This document shows positions 19,070 to 30,100 of a stretch of 64,000 nucleotides of DNA, piece after piece. Made by a program: the position numbers and the translations under genes. Origin of the DNA: a virus; IMG/VR virus record IMGVR_UViG_3300043112_000063, positions 1 through 64,000 of that record; one strand, written 5' to 3'. The notes under the pieces were generated by a model. That model ran no database searches. It had not been told where the DNA came from and worked only from the letters and a program-made list of their open reading frames with translations. Position 1 is the first letter of the stretch; each line of letters starts with the position of its first letter.

Positions 19070-22000
19070 TTGGCTAAAAAAACAGTTATTGAAACTTTAG
19101 TAGTTGAGCTTACAACAGACAACTCGCGTTTTAATAGGGGAATGAAATCCCTACAGAAATCATTAAACAACATAGGCGGTTCATTAGCCAACTTTGGTAA
19201 ACGATTTGGTAGATTTGCAGTGGCGGCATTTGCTGCTATTGGATTTGCTGCTGGTAGATTAGCCCAAGAATACGATATGGCGATGAACCGTGTTAAAGCG
19301 GTTACACAGTCAACAATGGAACAAATGCAAGCGTTATCGGACCAAGCTAGATACTTAGGACGTACAACTGCACGTTCTGCGAGACAAATTGCGGAAGGTA
19401 TGGAGACCTTAGGTTTGGCTGGGTTTAGTACACAAGAAATTCAAGATTCAATTGCTGCTGTAACCAGTTTAAGTATTATTTCACAACAGGAAATGGGAAA
19501 ATCAGCACAGGATGCTGCGAACATCATGGCTCAGTTTGGTATTGAGGCTGAAAACTTAACTCAAGCGGTAGATAAACTAGCCGCAACCGCAACAAGTTCA
19601 AACCAAACAGTTGAAGACCTTATTAATGGTTTAAAGTTTGCTGGACCGATTGCCAAACAAGCAGGATTGGAATTATCTGAAGCTGCTGCAGCAATGGGTA
19701 TTTTAGCGAATAATGGTATTCGTGCTGGTATTGGTGGACGTGCTTTACGTATGGGTATATTAAAACTTATTGCTCCTACTGCACAAGCCGCCGAAGAAAT
19801 AGAAAGTTTAGGTTTATCAATCTCAGATGAAGTTACTGGAGAAATATTACCATTTAACGATATATTAACAAATGTAAACGAATCCATTAAAGATTTAGGC
19901 GATGCTGAACGTATGGCTACTTTAAGAATATTATTTGGTACACGTGCACTTGGACCTATGAATATATTACTTAGAGAACAGGCTATTGCAACAGAAAATG
20001 GTGGAAACGCCTTTAAAGATTACGCAGATATGATTGCTGCAAGTTCTGAAGAAATAGAAGGATTTGAAGGTACTGCCGCTTGGATGGAACACGTTATGAT
20101 GCGTGGTTTGCCTGGAGCATTGATTTATTTAAAATCTGCGACTGAGGGTGCTTTATTATCATTACAAGATGTTTACAAAGACTTTTTAATCGATGTAATA
20201 TGGGGAATAACTAATTTACTGAACGCTTTTTCGGATTTAGAAGTTGGTAACTCTGTAATATTAGATTATATATCAAACTTTGGTCAGTTTAAGGAAGATG
20301 TAAGTACAGCAATAAATTATGTAATAGAAAAGATAGATGCCTTTATTTATAAAATAACAGGTGTAAATAATGTAATAGAAAGTATGACTGAAAAAGTCAG
20401 AAGTGCTTGGGCAAGTCTTATTGCATTCCTTGAGGATACATTTGGTTTCAACCTTACGGGAGAGATGACAAGAGGAGCAGTTGTTGATATAGCACTACTA
20501 ATTGCTGCTATTGGACCACTATTAGTAATACTTGGTACTTTAGTAAGCACACTTGGTTCTTTAGTGGGTGTGTTTCAATTAGTAACAAAAACTTTAGGTT
20601 CTGCATTAAAGATATTCTCAATGAGTATGCCGGCAGCATTATTAGCAGCATTATCAGCATTTGTAATTTTTAAAGACGATACAGGAAGATATACAGAAAA
20701 TATAAAAAACTTTATGTACGATATCTCAAATGCTTTTGTTTGGGTAAAAGATAAAATATTTGGTTTATTAACTGCATTCCTTAGCTTAGAAACCGGACGT
20801 TCTGTATTTTTAGATTATATAACAGACTTTGATAAATTAAAAGAAACAGCGGGAACAGCAATAGATACAATAATTGCTAAACTTGACGTGTGGATTTTAA
20901 AACTAACGGGAATAGAAGAAGGAACAAGCGTAATGGTCGAATACGTAAAAACAAAATTCGACGAGTTAATTGAATACTTAGAAGAAAAGTTTGGTATTGA
21001 CCTTACTGGTGAGTGGACACAGGGTATGATAGTAGATATGACTGCTTTAGGAGTAGCATTTACTGCTTTATTACCATTATTAGCACCAGTAATAGCTGCT
21101 TTAACATCTTTGTTAGCTTTAGTTGGAACTAAACTAGTAACAGCTTTTAGTTATTTAGGTGGAACAGCAATTCCGGCTTTAGGAAAATCGATAGGCGGTC
21201 TTGTTGCTACTGTTAATCCCATTGTTGGTGTAATTACAGCAATAGCTGCTTTGGCTGGTGGTATTGGAGCTTATGTTATTAAAACTGGCGAAGATATGGA
21301 CGAGTACAAAGAACGTATAAATACTGTTGTAACAGAAATAAAAACTACTTTTGGTACACTATCGTCTATTGTAGAAACAACATTATCTGGAATTGTTGGT
21401 GAATTTAAGGCTTTATGGTATGAATTAACAACTGGCGAAACTGGAGAAAAGATGGCTGAGTTCACTACAAAACTTACTGAACTATTTGGTGGTATATTAG
21501 TTGTAGTTATGGATTTAGTTGGAAACTTAATTATTCAACTTGGTAAAATATTCGACGAGATAATAAGGACAATAGGTCCAGTTATTGTCGCGGTTACATC
21601 TATTGTTGATGTGATTATGGAATTACTTAAACCAGCAATGGACGCTATTTTTTCAGAAGAAAATAGAGAAAAAATTAAACAGTACTTCAACAGAGTTACA
21701 AAAGTAATAACCGACTTAATTGGAATTATAAGAGGTCTGGTTAATTTTATTACTGTTTTAATGAAAGTCTTGAAACCAGCTATTACTTGGATAGGAGAAA
21801 ATGTATTACCTATATTAGAACCAATATTTGCAACAATTATTGATTTAGGTAAACGAGTATTTGAAATTATTGGTGGAGTTACTGGATTAATTAAAGAGTT
21901 ATTCGGTGTGTTTTCAGAGGATGGTTTTGATACAGAGGCGTTCTTGTCTGAATGGGAAGGCTTTAAAGATGGTTTTGTCGGTATTTTTACTGATTTATGG

Positions 22001-23221
22001 GATAATGTAAAAGAGATATGGGATAAAATAAAAGGATTCTTTAATGAATTTAAAGAAAAGCTAGAAGAGGCTTTTGATTTTATATTTAATACAAACTGGG
22101 GACTTGGTGAGAGTAATTCCCCCGCTGAAACATTAGATTTAATTCTTTCTGGTATAGAAGAAACGTGGACTGGTTTTAAGAATTGGTTAGACGGTCTTTG
22201 GGAAGAAATAAAAGAAGACTTATCAGAAGGTTGGGATTCTGTTACTGAACCTATAGATACAGCAATTGATGATATTAAAACTGCTTGGAGCGGTTTTAAA
22301 GATTGGATAGGCGGTATTTGGGAAGACATAAAGGAAGACGTATCAAAAGGTTTTGATACTGTAATGCAACCAGTAAAAAATGCTTTTGTTGGATTATTTG
22401 GTGGAGAAAGAACTGTAACAGAAACTTATAGAGTTTACGAAGCAGCTGGTGGTTTAGGTGAAAAACCTAAATATGTCACAAAAACTAGAGAGGTTGTTGT
22501 TAAGGAAGCTGGACTTATAGTTGATGCCTTTACAAAAGTTAAGGAAACCATTGCTGGTTTATGGGATGGTTTATGGGAAGGTGTAACTGGAATATCAGCT
22601 ACTATTGGTGACGGAGTATCAGACGCAATTTCTGGACTAAAGAATTTATTTAACGCTGTATTAGACCCAATAAAAGACGGAATAAATAGTTTTATTGATA
22701 GTGTTGAAGGTGTTATAAATAGTTTGGTAACACCAATTAACAACGCATTTGATGCTATTTCTGGGGTAGAATTAGATTTAGGATTTGCAACAATATCACC
22801 ATTTTCTTTCTTAGACGTTAATTTACCAACAGCCGATTTTGATGGATGGAAACTTGCTGAAGGTGGATATGTAAAAAGAAAACCTGGCGGAATTCTTGCT
22901 AATATTGGTGAGGGTAGTTCCGATGAGGTTGTTGCACCAGTTCCTATGTTACAGAAACTATTTAGTGAAGCAATGGAAAATGCTGCGGCAACAATGGTTA
23001 AAATATTAGACTCTAGTGAAATGGTTAGACAAGCGAATAGAAGTATTGGAACACCAATTACTCCTATGAATGCTGGTCCTAGAGGAGAAGGAGCACCACA
23101 ATATTCATTTAATACAAGTAATGAATTTAAGGTAGATGGAGATGTTGCAAATAAAATTAAAACAATACTTGACCAACAAGAAAGAGATAGAAGATTAAAA
23201 TTAAGGGGGTTTAAAACGTAA
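19070..23221 (+). CDS. Tape measure protein (TP901 family)
   Basis: 1383 aa; TMP core and W-spaced repeats. Confidence 0.92.
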   Translation: MAKKTVIETLVVELTTDNSRFNRGMKSLQKSLNNIGGSLANFGKRFGRFAVAAFAAIGFAAGRLAQEYDMAMNRVKAVTQSTMEQMQALSDQARYLGRTTARSARQIAEGMETLGLAGFSTQEIQDSIAAVTSLSIISQQEMGKSAQDAANIMAQFGIEAENLTQAVDKLAATATSSNQTVEDLINGLKFAGPIAKQAGLELSEAAAAMGILANNGIRAGIGGRALRMGILKLIAPTAQAAEEIESLGLSISDEVTGEILPFNDILTNVNESIKDLGDAERMATLRILFGTRALGPMNILLREQAIATENGGNAFKDYADMIAASSEEIEGFEGTAAWMEHVMMRGLPGALIYLKSATEGALLSLQDVYKDFLIDVIWGITNLLNAFSDLEVGNSVILDYISNFGQFKEDVSTAINYVIEKIDAFIYKITGVNNVIESMTEKVRSAWASLIAFLEDTFGFNLTGEMTRGAVVDIALLIAAIGPLLVILGTLVSTLGSLVGVFQLVTKTLGSALKIFSMSMPAALLAALSAFVIFKDDTGRYTENIKNFMYDISNAFVWVKDKIFGLLTAFLSLETGRSVFLDYITDFDKLKETAGTAIDTIIAKLDVWILKLTGIEEGTSVMVEYVKTKFDELIEYLEEKFGIDLTGEWTQGMIVDMTALGVAFTALLPLLAPVIAALTSLLALVGTKLVTAFSYLGGTAIPALGKSIGGLVATVNPIVGVITAIAALAGGIGAYVIKTGEDMDEYKERINTVVTEIKTTFGTLSSIVETTLSGIVGEFKALWYELTTGETGEKMAEFTTKLTELFGGILVVVMDLVGNLIIQLGKIFDEIIRTIGPVIVAVTSIVDVIMELLKPAMDAIFSEENREKIKQYFNRVTKVITDLIGIIRGLVNFITVLMKVLKPAITWIGENVLPILEPIFATIIDLGKRVFEIIGGVTGLIKELFGVFSEDGFDTEAFLSEWEGFKDGFVGIFTDLWDNVKEIWDKIKGFFNEFKEKLEEAFDFIFNTNWGLGESNSPAETLDLILSGIEETWTGFKNWLDGLWEEIKEDLSEGWDSVTEPIDTAIDDIKTAWSGFKDWIGGIWEDIKEDVSKGFDTVMQPVKNAFVGLFGGERTVTETYRVYEAAGGLGEKPKYVTKTREVVVKEAGLIVDAFTKVKETIAGLWDGLWEGVTGISATIGDGVSDAISGLKNLFNAVLDPIKDGINSFIDSVEGVINSLVTPINNAFDAISGVELDLGFATISPFSFLDVNLPTADFDGWKLAEGGYVKRKPGGILANIGEGSSDEVVAPVPMLQKLFSEAMENAAATMVKILDSSEMVRQANRSIGTPITPMNAGPRGEGAPQYSFNTSNEFKVDGDVANKIKTILDQQERDRRLKLRGFKT

Positions 23222-24111
23222 TGGCTAAAAAATTAGAAATAACAAACTCAGCCGGAATTAAAAAAACTTTTCAGTTATTTTATAGACGTGGCGAAGAAGA
23301 AGCCATAACCGACCTTACTGGTTTTAATCAGAATTTCGGTGTGGTACTAACCCACGAACGTTCGCCTTTTCAACAAGGTGCTACTACGGTTGCTTTACGT
23401 GGAGAAACTAGGCCTTTGTCCTTTGTTATTCACATATTAAGACCTACACAAGAAGAGTTAGAACAACGTATTACAAATATAGTAGAGTTTATGAATCCCT
23501 ATAAGGGAGAATTAACATTAGTACACGATAATGGTGTACGTAGAAGAAGAATTAAAGCGTATTACATTGGACATTCATTTGTTTCGTATGAAGATAATAG
23601 GGGTTATGGTACATTAGCGATAGACTTAATGGCAGATGATGCTTTATTTGAAGATGAGAATATGCAAGTTGTAGAAATGGGTACTGGGGTAGGAGCTTTC
23701 ATCCTACCTATGTACATACCATTTGAATTTGGTGCCGATGTAGAGCACGTATTAATAGAAAATTCTGGTGATTATTATAATCCTGTTGAAATGGTGTTAT
23801 ATGGACCACTTACTGACCCTAAATTAATACGAGATGTTTATGTAGGGGATGAGATTGTTCGTTCGGACGAGTTAGCGTTTGAGAACTTCACCTTACCTGA
23901 AGATTATAGTGTTAGAATTAGGACAGAGCAGGGTAGAGAAGAGACTACACTTATTTCGCCAGAAGGCATTGAGACAAATGTTAACAGATATTTAAGTGTA
24001 GACAGTAATTATTGGCAACTATTTGTGGGAACAAATGTTATAAGATTTGCGGCTGGTTCTGGTTATCCATATACACAAATCAAATTCAGACGTAAATACA
24101 TAGTTGCATAA
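23221..24111 (+). CDS. Distal tail protein (Dit)
   Basis: Follows the TMP; MNPYKGELTL, NSGD..P, LFVGTN motifs. Confidence 0.8.
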   Translation: MAKKLEITNSAGIKKTFQLFYRRGEEEAITDLTGFNQNFGVVLTHERSPFQQGATTVALRGETRPLSFVIHILRPTQEELEQRITNIVEFMNPYKGELTLVHDNGVRRRRIKAYYIGHSFVSYEDNRGYGTLAIDLMADDALFEDENMQVVEMGTGVGAFILPMYIPFEFGADVEHVLIENSGDYYNPVEMVLYGPLTDPKLIRDVYVGDEIVRSDELAFENFTLPEDYSVRIRTEQGREETTLISPEGIETNVNRYLSVDSNYWQLFVGTNVIRFAAGSGYPYTQIKFRRKYIVA

Positions 24112-24122
24112 GAGGTGACGAG

Positions 24123-27100
24123 ATGGCAGTAATAAAAAGATTTGAAAGTTATTTTAGAGAAAGACAATACGACGACAAAGACCTAAACAGATATATGATG
24201 CCTCTCATAAACGAGGGTGTTGTTAAAGACGACGCTAACGGTAAGTTTGATATTATATCTACAGATGGAAATGTAGTAGAATTAGACGGTGGTTCTGCTT
24301 TTATTGGTGGGGACTACGCATATTTCGTTGAGTTTAGTAAAGAATTTAGTGGGGATACTATTCCACTTACATTTACTATTCCTACAACACAAGATAGAAA
24401 AGACTCTGTTATTATTAGAGTAGATAGAGACGAGAAAAGTATTTCTGTTGTTATTAAACAAGGTTTATCAGAAGGATTAGCAGAATACCCAACATTAGTC
24501 CAAGATATTGATGGAAGTAATATGTATGAATTCTTGTTATACAATGTTGACGTACATACTAATGGAACAATAACTACAAGTGATGAGAGAACTTATGTAT
24601 CACAAAAGTGGGCAGAAGAGTTTAGTGGAGCCGTAAAAAGTACAGATGGTACGTTTGCTAGTAATAGCGACAACAAAATACCAACAGAAAAAGCCACAAA
24701 GACTTATATAACGTCTGTGGTTGGATTATTAAGTAATTTAGATACAAATACTACTACTAACATTGTAAACGCTGTAAATGAGCTTGTAACGGATATTGGA
24801 GTTATAGAAGGAGATATAACTGCTTTACAAAATGCCGCATCTGGAAATACAAACGCTATATCTGCTTTAGATACCCGAGTTGGCTTCTTAGAAGACGACA
24901 CACATACACATAGTAATAAGACAGCAATAGACGCATTTGCTGTTGGCGACAAAGCAAAATTAGACCTAATAGAAGCTGAGGCGGATAAATACATTGGTTG
25001 GACATTTAATGTTGATGGAACAGCGCACGATAAGATTACTGCCGACGACGTATTTAACTTTATTAGTGGAGAAAACGTAACAATAACAGCAGAAACAGCT
25101 GATAACACAATAAAAATTACTTCTGATAATACACAAAGAAGTAACGAAGAAATAATGGACGTTGTGAACACATTAATTGGTGCGGGTACACATACAAGAG
25201 TAACTATAACATACAACGACACAGAAGATTCGTTGTCTTTCGTTGTTGACCCTACTAACCTAAGTGGAGAGAGAACACTAGATACACTTACCATTAAATC
25301 TTCAACTGGAGATAATTATGTAATTCCAGTAGCAACTACAGAATTGGCTGGATTATTTACAGCGGCAGATAAAAGTAATTTAGAACAGGCCTTAACAGAT
25401 ATAGATTCGATTGAGGCAACATTACCAAACAAACAAGATGTAGTCAACTTAGTTACAGCTTGGCAAACAACACCGGACAACACACATTATCCTAGTGAAA
25501 AACTAGTTAAAGATAATTTAGATACCAAACAGGACAATAAATTACTTACAGCGTTCCAAAGTGGAGAAAGCACACCAGATGACGAACATTACCTTAGTGA
25601 GTTGTTTATTTATAATAACTTCTACACAAAAGAAGATTCTTATAGTAGTGAAGAAGTAGATACATTAATCGCTAGAACTTATACCTATAAAGGAAAAGTT
25701 GCGGACCTTACAGCATTAAACGCAATAACTGGAATGACAACTGGAGACACTTATTATGTAACAGCAGAAGATGCTAACTACACTTGGACTGGAACAGCTT
25801 GGGAAGAAGCACCAGGAACAGTTGAATTAGCCTCATCTGAAAATGCTGGTTTGTTAAGTGCTGCTGGTTATGATAAATTACAAAACACACCAACAAATAC
25901 AATTAGTGAACTGGCTAAAAAAGTTGACAAGATTTTAACAAGTTATACTTCTAAAAGTACTCTTGCGGGAACAGAGAGAGTATTTATTGATGACGCAGAA
26001 TCACCAAAACAAACTACAATAGGTGATATAGTTGATACGACGTATGGAGACAGTAGAGCATTTGACAAAACTGGAGACTATACAGAAGATGGCTTAAAAG
26101 CATATGCTTCGTCAGCACTTACTTATTACTTATTAGAAAAAGTAACAGATGGAAATTATAAATGTAACATAAATGCCGGAACAGAAACAGATAAGATATA
26201 CGAACTTATTATGCCTGAGGCAACAGAAGAAACATTAGTGAATATATCAACAAACAATGGAAACGACTATTATCCATTACTTTTAAACGGCGAAGAAATA
26301 CCGGCAAATACTATTAGTGAAAAACAATTAAAAGTAGGATTTGACGGTAGTAACTTCTTAACTGATGTTAACGAGCCATTATTATTTGAGGAAACTTATA
26401 CAGAAAGACTTGCCTCAACCAAAGACATAGTAACACCAATGGCTGGAGGAACTCCTAACTTTAAACAACTTAAAGGTAGAACTGAAGGTAAGGGCAAAGT
26501 TGCTTATGTGAATAAGACTATTGATGAACCGATTGCTGAACTTAACGGACTGTCGTTGAGAGAAGTTTTTGAAAGTAATAATTTAGTTTTAAATTCTTCT
26601 TTTGAAACAACTAACGGATTTATAGAGCACGGTTCTAATATGACCTTGAATAATAACGTTTTAAGTTTTGAAAGAAATTCTTTAAATACTTATTATGGTA
26701 CTGATTTTAGAACTAATTTGCCAACCTTGACGGTAGGACAAAAATTGAAATATTTTGCACTATTAAATGTAACTCAATCCTATGATGTAAGATTAAGAAC
26801 TGCTTTTGGTACAGGTGCATTAACACCTGTTGATACCACATTAACTGGAATAGAAGTGAACAAAGATTTTGTATTTACTGCTGAAAGAGAAGTTACATCA
26901 GAAGGTGTTCCAAACCATTACCTTAATCAAATAGGAACGCCAGAAACAATCTTATCCCCAGAACCTATCTTAAAAGTTAAACAACTTATTCTTATAGATA
27001 TAAATGATTTAGGTATTTCTGATACAGTCGATATGGAATACTACTACTCTCTCTACCTAGCACGCAAGAACATCACAAAGAAAGTGTTGACTTATGCTGA

Positions 27101-30100
27101 TGTGTTTGAGCAGTTTAGGGAAATCGAAAACGGTGACTTTAGTGGTGGAACTTCCAATTGGTCAAATCAAGCACCTACCAATTCAACCATGACGGTCGAG
27201 AACGGAGCCTTAAAGGTTACCGCAAACGCCGACGTAAACGCTAGCGTTACTCAATCAGGCAACATATACGGTGGAAGTCGATATTACATTTCTGGTAAAT
27301 TCAAATACTCTAGAAATTATTACTCTAACAATGATAATTTGCTTTACGTATCCACTACTTTAGGACAGGGAATCACTGGAGACTTATCAGTGCAGTGGAG
27401 TCTGAAGTCCTTCTTCAGAACTAAAGAGACGGACTACTCGGCTTACAAGTTGGCTGTATTGAGTTCGCTATCAATGCTGAGCGGAGATTCCGTATGGGTA
27501 GATGACGTTCTTATGTTAGAAACAAAACACTTCGACGAATCAATCACCAAAGAACTCTTAGACACTTTCCGTGACTACTATCTAGAACACCGAGCACACT
27601 CACTCTATCACGTAAGTAATCCTGAGATTAAGACTAATAATAAGAACTTGTTTAACGTTGGAAGTGGTTCTTTCAATGGCAACGGTTTAATTATCACAAC
27701 GGATAGTGACGGAACTATTACCATAAATGGGACTGCAACTACAACCACACGTATAAATCTATTAAATGGTATTAGTGGTTCTTATGCTTCAGCAGAAGCG
27801 GTTGTTAGTTTAGGTAATTTATTAAAACTTAATAGTTCTAAAAGTTATACTATAAAAATAAATGAAATTAGTGGAACAAAAACAGTATCACCGAACTATT
27901 TGCTTTTAAGAGAAAACGCTACACTTATTTATCAAACAGCAACAGAGGGTTCTGTTGGTTCATTTAGCGGTGAAAATATCTATGGGGCTTACTTCATAAT
28001 ATTTAGTGGAACGTTTAATAATTATAAAATATCTGTTCAACTCGAAGAAGGCTCAGTCGAAACTCCATACGTCACTAACCTCAACAACACCATCTCCTTC
28101 CCAGTCCCAAGACTCTCAGCACTAGACAATGGTGTGACAGACATGATTCATTACAAAGATGGTAAGTGGACTTATGAACAGAAGATAGGTAGGTTAGTAT
28201 TGTCAGGAACTGAAATAACGAGTGCTTCACTTACTGGTACTTATATAGATAGATTCGCAATTCCAATAACGGATAGAAAAACTTCACAGTCAAATGCGAC
28301 ATTTGAAGGATTACATTTAATTCCAGGATTCTTTGGTAAAACTTATGCTGATAGTCTTGAAAACGAATATACTACCTATGATAATATAGACAGTGATTAT
28401 ATTTGGTTAGTAGTCCCTAAAGGAACCTACGTTGATATTGCGGCAGCAAACGCTGCTTTAATAGGTACAGAAATTATCTATCAACTAGCAACTCCAGTCA
28501 TCACAGAGATAGAGCCAACAGGCGGAATCTTACAAGATACAGTCACACACGTAGAGCAACTACAAGAATTGCCTACAGAGTACACAATAGAATACACATT
28601 AAACGAAGAGCAACAAACTGTACTTAATACACAAAAAATAATCAATAACCAAAACGATATATTAGAAATTGAATCCGACATCACAGCGATACAATTAAAC
28701 ATTGACGCAATAGAAACAGACATCTTAGACTTACAAAATAACAAGTTTGACAAAACTGGCGGAACGATAAGCAGTGATGTAACGATAGATGGAGATTTAG
28801 TTGTAAATGGCTTAACCACTATAACAACAGAACCACTATTTAGTCAAGTATCTTACTCAGATAAAATAGTTAGTACAAAAGACGTACTTACTCCATTAAA
28901 AGACGGCTCACCACAACTTACAAGCGTTGAAGGTATGTTGCTTGATAGTGAGCAGTTGGTAGATAATGGAGATTTTAGTGATGGAACTACGGGGTGGGCA
29001 CCAATTAGAGCAACTGGAAGTGTTACAAACGGTATATATAGTTTAGTTGGCGATGGTTCTAATGCAAGTCCTTATTTAAGAAGTGATGGTACGTGGCTTG
29101 GTGGTAAAAATTATTTTAATGCTAAAGTTAGAGTTACTAATAGTGATTGTACAGTTATACTAATTCAAATAATTGACGGTGCAACTAATCCAACTATTAT
29201 TATAAATACACCTACAATTAACACATGGTATAATATATCAAATGTTATAACAGTTGGTGCATTTACACAAGTTAGAATACAACATACCTATGCTGACGTA
29301 ACCACAGCAAATGGAAAAGTAATGGAAATTGATTATGGCTATAATTTTTATATAGATACCCTAATCGCCAACAAACAATACTCACCACTCTACTCAACAA
29401 CATTCGATTTAATGAGTGATGCCGAAATCAAAGCACAAATGGACTTATGGGTTAATAACGGAACGTTGCCAAACGGTATTCAAGATGTAACTAATCCAAG
29501 TTATAGTGCTGTTGGGAAGAACTTGTTTGACCCTTCTTTAGATTTAACGACATTGCCTATTGCTGTATCTGGACAAACACGTATATTAGAATTAACTGTT
29601 AAACCTAATACTCAATATACGTTATCAAGCAATATAGATGAAACAAACCTAGCAAATATCTATTTTAATGGTGGCTCAACTAGTTTAAATGGGGTGTGGT
29701 TAAATAAACCTATTACTTCTACAAGCGACAGTAACGGTCTATTAGTTATATATTTTAGATATGCTAATTATGAAAGTGGAAGTCAAACCATAGAAGAATT
29801 AAATCAAGCCATAAAAGATGGCACAAACTTTATCCAACTTGAACAAGGCGACACAGCAACTGACTACGAGCCATATAAATCAGGTACTCAGTCATTCAAA
29901 CATCTAGACGGAAGCGACTTACATTTAAGAAGACTACCAAATCAAACACACGACACAGTAAAATTAATAAATGGTAAGTATTATAAGATTGAGAGAGTTA
30001 AGGCTTATACGTTGCAAGAGAGTGATATAGCGAATTTATATACATCATCTACAAACGTAGATTTAGTTAGAGTTGCAAAAACTTCACTTGTTGGTATTGA